A DNA stretch of 64,000 nucleotides from Octopus vulgaris (taxonomy: Eukaryota): assembly GCA_951406725.2 (NCBI GenBank), contig OX597832.1, forward strand, positions 4,464,001 to 4,528,000, given 5' to 3'. Below, in pieces: positions 52,643 to 64,000 of the stretch (position 1 is its first letter; the number at the start of each line of letters is the position of its first letter). The position numbers and the translations under genes are program-made. The notes beneath the pieces were generated by a model. That model did not search any database. It had not been told where the DNA came from and saw only the letters and a list, made by a program, of their open reading frames with translations.

Positions 52643-52739
52643 CACACACATACATATATATATGTATATGTGTGTATGTATGTGTGTGTGTGTGTGTGTA
52701 TGAATGCATATATGTTAATAACACCTACAAGGCGATGCT

Positions 52740-53200
52740 TTTTCCACCCACTAAAGTGAAGGAACTGCTGTCATCAGAGAGTATCCAACGTTCATTGGGT
52801 GTTTTGACCCCGAACCATAACACTCTCCCATTGGTGGGTTAGGAGAGGTGGCCAAATCACTGCTCCTCATCTCCTCCTGGCCTCCAGCTTAATTCCTCTT
52901 TCTTGCTCCAAAGAAGCTCCAAGAAGCTCTTTCAGTCACCCTTCTCTCTTTTCCTTTCATTTCAATGGCTGTAAGTATTCTGCATGCCAACTATGCAGGG
53001 AACCCTCTATAGCGAACCTCACCTGAGAAAAGCCATAACTGCTATCCTTTCTCCCTGCAATCCTGCAGAAGGCTTTCATATTTGGCAAACTTCAATTTGT
53101 GGGCCGCATCACATCTCTCTTTCTACAGGATTGTTAGCTCAATCAAAATCATTTCCTCAGTCTTTTCAAACCACAGAACTACATCTGGCTTCAGAGTTGT
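52740..53200 (-). mobile_element. HERO/NeSL-like non-LTR 3' end (restriction-like endonuclease)
   Basis: TTLKPDVVLWFEKTEEMILIELTIL*KERCDAAHKLKFAKYESLLQDCREKG...EVRYRGF. Confidence 0.7.
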
Positions 53201-53267
53201 ATATATGTGTATGTATGTGTGTATGTGTGTGTGATCATCATCATCATTTAACAGCCAATGATGTATA

Positions 53268-53674
53268 GGCATAGGAGTGGCTGTGTGGTAAGTAGCTTGC
53301 TTACCAACCACATGGTTCCGGGTTCAGTCCCACTGCGTGGCACCTTGGGCAAGTGTCTTCTACTATAGCCTCAGGCTGACCAAAGCCTTGTGAGTGGATT
53401 TGGTTGATGGAAACTGAAAGAAGCCCATCGTATATACATATATATATGTGTGTGTGTGTGTGCATATGTTTATGTGTCTGTGTTTGTCCCCCCCCAACAT
53501 TGCTTCACTACCGATGCTGTTGTGTTAACGTCCCAGTAACTTAGCAGCTCAGCAAAAGAAACCGATAGAATAAGTACTAGGCTTACAAACAATAAGCTCT
53601 GGGGTCAATTTGCTCAATTAAAGGCAGTGCTTCAGCATGGCCACAGTCAAATGACTGAAACAAGTAAAAGAATA
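53268..53674 (+). mobile_element. SINE family A, full length
   Basis: Near-consensus copy. Confidence 0.88.
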
Positions 53675-53999
53675 AATGAATACACAGAATTTAAATTTGA
53701 GCTCCTGTTTCAGACTCAAATATACATCATGGCTGGTAATCTGTGTGGTATATGTTGTATAAATGTATTTTTGTGTTATTTTGGCTGAATCTTTAAGTAT
53801 AAGTTTAGCTGTGTTAGGATGTGTGGTTAAGAAACCCTGAATATGTGACAAACGTCTTTCACTTTACTTCTACCTAATCTACTAAGAAGACTTTGGTCAA
53901 CCTGAGCTGTGGTAGAAGACACTTGTCAAAGGTATCACACAGTGAAACTGAACCTGGAGCAATATGGCTTGGAAGCAAACTCCATACAATTATGAATCT

Positions 54000-54795
54000 C
54001 GTGTATGCAAACTTGGTCAAGGAATGCACTTCAACACTTGGTGGTTAAAAGATGTTCATGAAGGGATATGATATGACATTCAAAGGCAGACTGGATCGAT
54101 GTTAAACTTCTACCCCTTGTTTTCATTTTAAGGTAGAGGCAGTCTACAATGCTGTCGATGTAGAAATTATGTGTGCTTGTTAGTATCTTCTGAGTTTTCA
54201 CATGAACAGCTCAGATCTCATCAAGTGACCAATCAAGTAGCCCAAATGTTGGTATGAATTGTAGCACTGCAAACACATTGTGGTCCAATGTTTTATTGAA
54301 TGTAGAGAGTACTGAGGTCCACATTTTCTTTATTCAACTGTAATATTCTTTTGTGACACATATTTTGTTACAGGTGCCATCATAAGGTATGTTTTCATCA
54401 ACTCCTAGACACCTGTAACATTCCTCATGAGATACAGGGGAAACAGTTAAGTCATTGGTGGAGATGCTGCTAATCTGGTTTACAATTTTTCCTCATTTCA
54501 CAACCATATAGCAACATTTATCCTGACCAAACTCCAACCTTTATCCTTTAAGAATGTTTCAATCAGGTCAAGGCTCTTTTTCACCTCATGCATATTCTTG
54601 GCATATAGTTTCATGTCATCCAAAAGAAACAGTGTGTAATTTTGGTATTCCTATTTCCTTGTGAACCAGTGAGATACCCTTCAGACTTACTTAACATGAA
54701 CGACAAGGGGTTTACAGAAAGTATAAGCATCACAGAGAGGTTGTCTCCTTGGAATATACCTCTGCAGTACTGTATTCTGTCAGTGATAATACAAT
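54000..54795 (-). mobile_element. decayed R4/Dong-like RT fragment
   Basis: RGIFQGDNLSV..ILSVNPLSFML, LDDMKLYAKN, GLEFGQDKC. Confidence 0.75.
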
Positions 54796-55659
54796 CGTGT
54801 GTGTGTACATTTAACAGGTTTTTTTTTTTGTGTGTTGCAACATAATTTATTTGTTACATTAATAGGAAAGGTGTTCATGTAATACAATTAATAGAAACAA
54901 TAGGATGAAACAGTGTAATATAACATGTAGGGAAAGTTTCTGTCAGCAACTTTACACAGAGGCTAGTTTTTTTTATATATATATACAGAGTAAATGTTCA
55001 GTGATGTGTTTCCTTTGATAATCCTTGATTGAATATGCAACCGTGAGAACAGCTATTAGAAGATGCAAAACACAACTCCACTCACTTTCACAGTATTTAT
55101 AGGCTCCACTCACAGAAATTTCTAGTTGGACCACTGAACTATCACATGAACAATGGCCTTTCATTGAATAAAATTTCAGTTGTGCACGTGTTCAAACTAT
55201 TGACTGAAATGTGGCTTGAGATTAATATGTGGCAAAACATGGGATCAAATCCAGTGTTATGTATGTATGTATGTATGTATGTATGTATGTATGTATGTAT
55301 GTATGTATGTATGTATGTATGTATGTATGTATGTATGTATGTATGTATGTATACATACTTGTATGCTTTTGTGCTTGTCTCTCACTTCTTAACAACTGTT
55401 GTTGGTTTGTTTATGAGTGACTAAACCCTTCAAAGCAGTGCCCCAGCATGGGCACAGTCCAATGAGGAAAACAAGCAGAGCATACATATATATTTTTATT
55501 AATTATCATACTAAATTATAAATCATAGCTCATATAATACCATTGGAGTGTCATGTGTAAAACAATGTTTTTCAATAACTGCCCATTAAGAAAGATATAA
55601 AATGAATAATAAAATAAAGTAAAATAAAACCATGTACTTACTCTATTGTTGTCTTTTGC

Positions 55660-55883
55660 TTAACTGCTTAGTTATGGGGACATAAACACACCAACATCGG
55701 TTGTCAAGCGATGGTGGAGGGACAGATACACACAAACACACACATATGTTCATATATATGTATATATATGATGGGTTTCTTTCAGTTTCCATCTACCAAA
55801 TTCACTCACAAGGCTTTGGTCAGTCTGAGGTGTCATGCAGTGGGACTGAACCCTGAACTATGTGGTTGGGAAGCAAGCTTCTT
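55660..55883 (-). mobile_element. SINE family A, split; head resumes at 57503-57535
   Basis: Stops at CAAGCTTCTT and resumes CAAGCTTCTTACCACACAGCCAC after 1.6 kb. Confidence 0.75.
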
Positions 55884-56195
55884 TATTTCATTAAATTGGC
55901 TATGAAAGCCGTACACAGATGAAGAAGCTGTGGGCTGGACAAAGACATTAATGAAATGAGATGAATGATGCACCAGATGGTATTAATGAGAGAAGACAAA
56001 AGACGCCCACCAATCTTTGCTTCTCTAAAATGTTGTTCTTTTGTGAACTTACAATTTGAGGCAATAAACCTCTTACCAATATTTCTTTTGGACTCAAGGT
56101 CCTTACAATGAGGCACTAAGCCTCTTACCTCAAATGGCACCATGTCCTTGAAATGAGGCACTTGGCCTCTTACAATTTTCTCCTTATGGACCATA

Positions 56196-57491
56196 CGAGG
56201 GACGTTCAATAAGTAATGCCCCTGACTCACTTGCAGTTGTTTGATCTAGCTGAAATTTTGCATGTGCAATTATTCATATCTCAATAGATTAAGTGGTGAA
56301 TTACAGCTCTGAAATACTTGTGGTTTCTGATTTACAGGTGTTTGAACTGAGTCAAGTGTGAAATGGAGCCTGTTCAGTGTCGAGCAGTGGTCCAGTTTTT
56401 GTATTTGAAAGGACACACACCATGGGAGACTTTTGATGAAATGAAAGTAACTTATGGTGATGATGCCCCATCATATGACCTTGTAAAACGAAGGCATCGT
56501 TTATTCAAACATGGTCGGAACTCTGTGGAAACAGCTCCCAGATCTGGTCGCCCCCCCCACTTCTGCCATTGATGAGGCATCTGTCCGTCAAGTTGAGGCT
56601 GCCATTTTGGAAGATCGACGCATAACTATTCGCCAAATAGCCCATGAGGTCAAGATTAGTACTGGGTCTGTGGAAACTATCATTCATGACCATTTGCATA
56701 TGCAAAAGGTGTCTGCCAGATGGATTCCCAGGCTGCTCACACCTTTCCATAAGCAAGAACGCGTCGAGTGCTCGAGGATGAATTTGGAGATGTGCCAAGA
56801 AGATGAGTCAAAATTTTTCAAAAGACTGATTACACAGGATGAAACCTGGGTCCATCACTATGATTCAGAGACCAAAGCCCAGTCAATGCAGTGGAAGCAC
56901 CGTGACTCACCTCCTCCAAAGAAGGCAAGGGTGCAGCCCTCCGCTGGCATGGTCATGCTCTCAGTCTTCTGGGACCAGGACGGATTAGTGATGACAGATT
57001 TCCTGGCAAAGGGTACCACAATTACAGGAGCCTATTGTCCTTCAGTTTTGAGGAAATTAAGAGAAGCTATCAAAATCAAGAGGCGAGGCAAGATCAGCAA
57101 AGGCATCCTCCTCCTGCAGGACAACGCTCCGGTCCACAACTCGCGTCTCGCCAGATCAGAAGTACAGGCGTGCGGCTATGAACTCCTCCCCATCCCCCCT
57201 ACTCTCCTGACCTTGCACCCTCTGATTTTCACCTCTTCCCAGCCATGAAGTTGTTTTTGAAAGGAAAGCATTTCCCAGATGATGCAGCCTTGATTTCTGA
57301 AGTCACGTCGTGGTTGGAGGACCAAGCTGGGGTCTTGTATAAAAACGGTCTCCAAAGCTGCATCAAACGACAGGAGAAATGCGTAACTCTGGATGGTTCC
57401 TATGTAGAAAAAGATTAATAACTGTGCCAAGTTTCGTTGCCCTACTGCTATGGGAAGTGGGTCAGGGGCATTACTTATTGAACGCCCCTCG
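56196..57491 (+). mobile_element. full-length mariner transposon (1296 bp)
   Basis: TIRs CGAGGGRCGTTCAATAAGTAATGCCCCTGAC at both ends; TA duplication at 56194-56195 and 57492-57493. Confidence 0.95.
56363..57418 (+). pseudogene. mariner DD34D transposase with two frameshifts
   Basis: RSGRP, WIPRLL, ITQDETW, LQDNAPVH, YSPDLAPSDFHLF; frameshifts in C-runs near 56550 and 57190. Confidence 0.92.
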
Positions 57492-57927
57492 TATATGCCT
57501 TACAAGCTTCTTACCACACAGCCACATTTGTGCCTAAATATGATATATAAATACTATTTTATAGCTATAAGTTATTACTATTTGTTTATCCTTATGTTCT
57601 TAATTGCAATAAGCTGGTGGATTCCTGGGCAGTATTTATGTTTTTAACACTACAGACACTGCTGGATTGAATGGTGTCAAAACTGTAGTGATAGCCATTT
57701 AAGCAGCTGATGATGGGGATGCACATGTTTTACTTCATTGTGACTTTTCTATATCTTAGTCTTGTTATTCTGAGTTGTCCTTGATTCTTGTAAAGTGGAA
57801 AGTGTTTTTGGATTTATAGTTTGTGGGGATCGCTTACTTTGGTATTGTTTAGTTTTCTTCATGGGTAACTTAATTAGATTAGGACAATACTTAGATATTG
57901 ATATTCAGGTTTGGGATATTCAGTGTT

Positions 57928-58344
57928 GCAGGAGTGGATGTGTGGTAAGTAGCTTGCTTAACAACCACATGGTTCAGGGTTCAGTCCCACTGCGTGGCAC
58001 CTTGTGCAAGTGTCTTCTACTATAGCCTTGGGCTGACCAAAGCCTTGTGAGTGGATTTGGTAGACAGAAACTGAAAAGAAGCCCATCATATATATGTATA
58101 CATATATATATATGTATGTATGTGTGTGTATATGTTTGTGTATCTGTGTTTGTCCTCCCAACATCACTTGACAACCGATGCTGGTGTGTTTACGTCCCCA
58201 TAACTTAGTGGTTCGGCAAAAGAGACCAATAGAATAAATACTAGGCTTACAAAGAATAAGTCCTGGGGTTGATTTGCTCAACTAAAGGCAGTACTCCAGC
58301 ATGGCCACAGTCAAATGACTGAAACAAGTAAAAGAGTAAAGAGT
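57928..58344 (+). mobile_element. SINE family A, full length
   Basis: Near-consensus copy; followed tail-to-tail by a minus-strand partial copy (~58345-58560). Confidence 0.88.
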
Positions 58345-58738
58345 ATATCTTTTATCTTTCACTTGTTTTAATCATTTAACTGTGGCCATGCTAGGGCACT
58401 GCCTTGTAGGGTTTTAGTTGAACAACTTCACACCAGGAATTGTGTTTTTTAAAGCCTAGTACTTATTCTATCAGTCTCTTTTAATGAACCACTAGCTTAC
58501 AGGGACATAAACACACCAACACCGGTTGTCAAGTGGTGGCGGGGGACAAACACGACACAAAGCACGGCTACAGTAAAATGACTGAAACAAGTAAAAGATA
58601 AAAGACGTGTGCATGTGTGTAACTCTGTGTACATGTGTATGTGTGAGTGCATGCATGCGTGTGTGTGCATGTGTGTGTGTGTGATTGCATGTGCGTGCAT
58701 CTGTGTGTATATGTGTGCGCTTGTGTGTATGTGTGTGC

Positions 58739-58771
<33 letters not shown>

Positions 58772-58796
58772 CATGTGTGTGTGGGGGTAAGGGGTG

Positions 58797-59003
58797 TAGG
58801 CACAGGCATGTCTATGTACTTCTGAAGCTCTCTTTACAATCACATGGTTCTCATGGTTTCAGGTTCAGTGTCACTACATGGCACTTTGCACAAGTGTCGC
58901 CCACTACAACTTTGAGCCGAAGAAAGCCTTGTGGGTGGATTGGATTCACAGGAGCTGAAAAGGAGCTGTGTGTGTGTTTGTGTGTGTGTGTATGTGTGTG
59001 TAT

Positions 59004-59060
<57 letters not shown>

Positions 59061-59291
59061 TGCATGTGTGTGTATGTGTGTCTTTGCTTTTGTGTTTGTA
59101 CCCACACCATTGCTTGACAACCTGTGTTGGTTTGTTTACAAACATGGGACTTTGCATTTCAGTAGAAGGGACTGATAGAATAATTACCAGACTTAGAATA
59201 AGTACTGGGCTTGATTTGTTTGGCTGAACACTTCAAAGACTTGGCCAAGCATTGCTGCAATCCAATGAGTGAAACCAGTAAGAGATAAAAG
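58797..59291 (+). mobile_element. SINE family A, diverged, with expanded (TG)n
   Basis: Head and tail motifs recognisable. Confidence 0.65.
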
Positions 59292-59567
59292 ATGTACATA
59301 TACCCCACTCCACTTATATCTATATGTATGTATATATGTATGTGTGTATATATATAATATATACACATAAACATAATAGATATATATATGTATACAGACA
59401 AACACATATACATACATAAGTATACATGTGTACACACACACACACACACACACTCACATATATAATATATATATATATATAAATTAGAGAAAAACCACTA
59501 TTATGTAATTCAAACAATGATAAACATAAATCATTTTCCCCTGCAAGTTTGGAGTTATACTCCCTAA

Positions 59568-59623
<56 letters not shown>

Positions 59624-60216
59624 TTATTATATACATATATACATATTTAGAAATATTGAATTTCTAAATGTCTCAAAGAGACATGAACGGTGGGGTGATA
59701 TGCTTCTACACATATTTTTGTGACTGTATTGTCACTGGTTGGCAGAGATTGTCTTTGTTTATATGCCTTACACTTCACACTCCTCTTGAGAATTTAACTG
59801 ACACCATTTAACACTTAATCATTACAATAAATAAGCAAACTTTTCTGACTAATTCTCTTTGTTAATTTGCTAAAGGGCTAATCACTTTTTTTATACATCT
59901 GTGTAAGCTTAACCTCAATTAAACATATTTAGATAGTTTTAACAACTTAAGAGATTCACATCTGGCTAAAACATTATGTGTACAAACATACATACACACA
60001 CATGAGAACAAGAGATGTCAAAGAAATAAACAGTTATCTTATGAACAGCATTAGCTTACAGATGTTTCTGCTATAAGATGCAGTAGACTCATAGTTGATT
60101 ACTTGAATAATACCTTATAGATTCATTGGAGCCTCAGATATAAAGTACAATTTATTTGGGAGACAACTGAATTCGTGTATAGATAGTGAACAGCATTATC
60201 AATGAGAAAGTTAGCA

Positions 60217-60257
<41 letters not shown>

Positions 60258-60451
60258 TGTGTGTGCACGCGCACGCGTGTGCGTGTGTGTGTGCGTGTAT
60301 GTGAAGGCGCATGGCTCAGTAGTTAGAGCTTACAATCTCATTGATATATATATATATATATATACAGTGTGAGGTGAATAAACTATCATCTAAATTATGC
60401 AAAAATGAAAATAACACTGTCTCATTTTAACAGATATGTTTACCAAAATTT

Positions 60452-60902
60452 GGTGAGGAGGGTGTTTATTGGTCACCCTGCGGGATGAAAAACAAAGCCC
60501 GTCAAAGGGTGGAGGAACTCTTGAGAGTCAACTGTCATCCAATAAATGTCTTAAGGCTGTATCATGCGCAGGGACATAGAAATAATTGGACTGAATACCC
60601 GATCGCGCGGTTAAACCATTGGGAGTGAAGGACTCTGAGCCGTTGTTAGGGCATCCTTCTAGGAGAAGGTAACTCAGGTAATTGGGATAACTCCGAAATA
60701 AAACCTGCGGCTCAGTGGTTATGGATGATGTTGACTTGTTCTTCTTTTCGGATTATGGCTACTGTTGCTTAGTGAGTGGTATTGACTCAGTGCACAGCCA
60801 TTCCTCACTTTAAAAAAAATCTTCTTGCACAGGCATTGCACGATAACAACATTGATTAAGCTTCATGCAATGGCCATACTCGATAATGAGGGGGCAGCCA
60901 CT
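60452..60902 (+). mobile_element. GC-richer repeat resembling an RTE 5' UTR
   Basis: GGGCATCCTTCTAGGAGAAGGTAACTC...AAACC resembles a motif seen in RTE 5' leaders; it interrupts a Tc1-like end. Confidence 0.45.
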
Positions 60903-60927
60903 ATATATGTACATATGTGTGTGTGTG

Positions 60928-61008
<81 letters not shown>

Positions 61009-61057
61009 GTATGTATATATATATATACTTTACTGGATATACAATGTAAGTGTGCAT

Positions 61058-61345
61058 GAGTATCATATCATAAATGTGCTGAGAGAAAGACTAGACATAA
61101 GAGGAATCAGGAGTAGCGTGCAAGGAAGAAGACTGTGCTGGTAGAGGCATATGATGCATACGGACGAGGACAGTTGTATATAAAAGTACCAGTTCCTAAA
61201 AGTGGCAAGAGCCAGTTGACTAGGGAAGAACAAAGAAGATATGGGATGAAGTGGTGGAGGCTGACCTTTTGACCCTGAGCTTTACAGAGGAAATGTTAGA
61301 GGAACAGGATATCAGGTGATATGAGGTTTTTATAAAAACTTGCCT
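61058..61345 (+). mobile_element. decayed RTE 3' fragment
   Basis: LRERLDIRGIRSSVQGRRLCW matches LREKLDLRSISCGVQERRLRW of the 50134 ORF. Confidence 0.75.
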
Positions 61346-61486
61346 ATCATGATTAAACTGACTTCTGGAAGATCTACATGGGAATATATTGAATATATAA
61401 GCATACATATGGAGGAGGTGTGCATATATGTATGTGAGTATGTGTTTGTATTTGTGTGTGTGTGTGTGTGGTCTGTGTGTGTGTTT

Positions 61487-61539
<53 letters not shown>

Positions 61540-61551
61540 TACATACATACA

Positions 61552-61600
<49 letters not shown>

Positions 61601-61809
61601 TCAATTATTTGGGGTTAATCGATATGCGGATAGTCTATTTCAGATAATACAAAAATAACCTAATGTGTATATCTGACAGTAAACTCATGGTATCAGTTTA
61701 CACATCATGAAATAACACTTAAAGGATATAACCTAACTTATCAGCTATATAATGTACTTCATTAATTATATCATACTTTAGCTAATACTTATATTTATTA
61801 GATATGAAG

Positions 61810-61943
61810 GAACTACATGTGTTTCAGTATTGGATGATTACAATATATATACATATACACAACCGTATACTTATATATATACATATATAAATACATATGT
61901 GCAATCATCAGATTTACAATTATTCCAACATCTCTTCAGGTTC
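61810..61943 (-). ncRNA. type I hammerhead ribozyme-like motif with extended helix II
   Basis: GAAC-CUGAAGA-GAUGUUGGA...UCCAAUACU-GAAA-C(ACAU)G-UA-GUUC; canonical core and GUA cleavage triplet. Confidence 0.55.
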
Positions 61944-62273
61944 TATTTCAAAATATATATCTGATTTTACATCCCTTTAAAAATAAGGAATACAATTAAG
62001 CATTAAAGATTAAAAATTACAAATTAGAAATTAAGAATAAAAAATTAAGAATAAAAATAAAAATTATACTTTGTAATATTAAGAATTAAAATTTTTTAAT
62101 TATACATTATAAATACGAATTAGTATATTTATCAATCATGTAAAATCAAGTATATGTCAAATACAGAATGTGAGATATAAGATTAAACATCAGAATAAAA
62201 ATGACTGTGTTTAAATTTGATATATAACAAGAAAAATTCAAATACATATATTTACTAAATATATATATATTTA

Positions 62274-62556
62274 CTAATTTACTAAAGACACTCTAAGGAT
62301 TTTGTGATATTGTTAATTTGGATGGCACAGGTTTACATGTACTGACTTACTTGAAGACACTGTTTTACTGCATGGGCTTTAACTACTATGGTCTGTGCTG
62401 AGCAGGGTCCCTTGACTTCTTAATGAAGTCCATAGTAGTCATAGTAGTTTAAGCCCTTGCAGTAATACAGTGTCTTCAAGTAAGTCAGTACATGTAAACC
62501 TGTGCCATTCAAATTGATAATATTACAAAATCCTTAGAGTGTCTTTAGTAAATTAG
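62274..62556. repeat. long inverted repeat (117-bp arms, ~49-nt spacer)
   Basis: 62274-62390 is the reverse complement of 62440-62556. Confidence 0.9.
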
Positions 62557-62809
62557 AAGAGGTACACCAAGGGAAGATGAAAGAGGCTAAATCAGCTTAT
62601 ATGTATGTATGTCATTGTTCAGTTTTATTTCAAGATTTCTTGCCAATAGAGAAAGAGCCAGTTTCTAACATAGATTCAAGGTTCCTTCATTGGAACTTCA
62701 ACATGAACAACAGGGTATTTTTGTTTGTATGTATCAATGTATATGTGCAAATTTGTATGTTTTGCTTTATGTATGTATTTTCATGCATATAGTTGCATAT
62801 CTAGACATG

Positions 62810-62847
<38 letters not shown>

Positions 62848-63016
62848 AATTGAGATAGGGGTTGTAAATGCAACCTTCCATGGGATAACATATATCCAAT
62901 ATACTGCCAGTGAAGTACCCAACAAAGTTAATACATAAATGTTAAGAATTGCGATGCAATTAATTCATTTACTGTATTATATGGGCAAAGGTAAAGTGTT
63001 TTACCACAAATTCATA

Positions 63017-63435
63017 ATACAAAATAAGAAAATGGAGAAATATATCCAGATCAAATATCAACTACCAGATAATACCCAATCACATACTTTATTAAACCAC
63101 CACATAAGAAACTTTAAGGTCAAACATAATAATATATGACAAAACAGTGTACATAAAGGAATGTACATAAAGGAATAATATGATACAATAAGTACAATAT
63201 GTATAAGAGAATATAAATATAAATAAATATAAATATAAATATAAACTACATCTTACAGCTTGTACTTATTGTATCATATTATTCCTTTATGTACACTCCT
63301 TTATGTACACTGTTTTGTCATATATTATTATGTTTGACCTTAAAGTTTCTTATGTGGTGGTTTAATAAAGTATGTGATTGGGTATTATCTGGTAGTTGAT
63401 ATTTGATTTGGATGTATTTCTTCATTTTCTTATTT

Positions 63436-63440
<5 letters not shown>
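63017..63440. repeat. long inverted repeat (181-bp arms, ~62-nt spacer)
   Basis: 63017-63197 is the reverse complement of 63260-63440 with few mismatches. Confidence 0.92.
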
Positions 63441-63467
<27 letters not shown>

Positions 63468-63471
<4 letters not shown>

Positions 63472-64000
63472 AATGATAAACTTCTGGTAAGTTTTACAGA
63501 TTTTTACATTTCTAGTAATGGATTGGATCTGTAGTCTTCAAATTAGCTTTCTCCTTTCTGGTTTTAAGAAGATTGGTATTTAGGCAGTGTGTTACATATC
63601 CCAGGGCTCCAGTAATAACAGGTATAAACCTAAGTTTGTAATCTGGACAGAGTAACTGCAGATTTCTCAATTGTTCAGTGTAGGTGCTCTCTTTTTCATT
63701 GATCGTCAGCTTTATGTTAACATCCACTGGGCAGCTAATTTCCACAACTGTGCACAGTTTCTCCTCTCTATCCCAAATCATTACATCAGATCTGTTGTGC
63801 TTACATTTTATTGAGGTCTTCACTGGGACATTCCACCAGTACTCCTTTTTATTATGAGTGGCTATGTCTTCTACCATATTGCAGGTACTTATTCCTTTGT
63901 CTTCAGTGTTATCCTTCCAACAGATTCCATTATAGAGTGGCCTAGCTACAACATCATGTCTCATCAGTAGATAATGCCGTGATGACATTTTTGGACAACT
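63468..64000 (-). mobile_element. R4/Dong-group non-LTR 3' end (restriction-like endonuclease), runs off the window
   Basis: RHDVVAR, HNRSDVMIWD...VVEISCP, EKESTY, FIPVITGALG; ends in (TA)n. Confidence 0.85.

Noticed and set aside
55883-56230. 115-aa minus-strand ORF
   Set aside because: Begins inside the mariner TIR and crosses an insertion junction, so it is chimeric.

Overview
AT-rich, microsatellite- and transposon-dense animal genomic DNA. The tRNA-head SINE families resemble those of octopus (coleoid cephalopod); this assignment is an inference. The only clear host protein gene is an uninterrupted Rap2 small-GTPase CDS (minus strand, 30686-31228), inside a repeat-poor, visibly CpG-retaining block (~27-34 kb). 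A consensus splice donor lies 6 nt after its stop codon. The rest is mostly mobile DNA: two abundant SINE families, a young 5'-truncated RTE-clade LINE with a PHD-like finger in its RT ORF plus older RTE and CR1/L2-type relics, restriction-like-endonuclease non-LTR elements (R4/Dong-like, HERO-like), Penelope-like fragments, a full-length mariner with two frameshifts, mariner/Tc1/pogo/piggyBac MITEs and non-autonomous Helitrons. Less obvious structure: (i) about seven dispersed minimal type I hammerhead ribozyme-like motifs, one with a G3:C8 covariant core inside a long fold-back; (ii) four fold-backs with 115-180 bp arms; (iii) a composite Helitron splitting a SINE; (iv) a three-level nested insertion containing an unidentified hairpin-repeat element with a 10-bp target duplication. 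Nearly all short ORFs in the track are microsatellite or SINE translations. Coordinates of decayed repeats are approximate and everything was read by eye.
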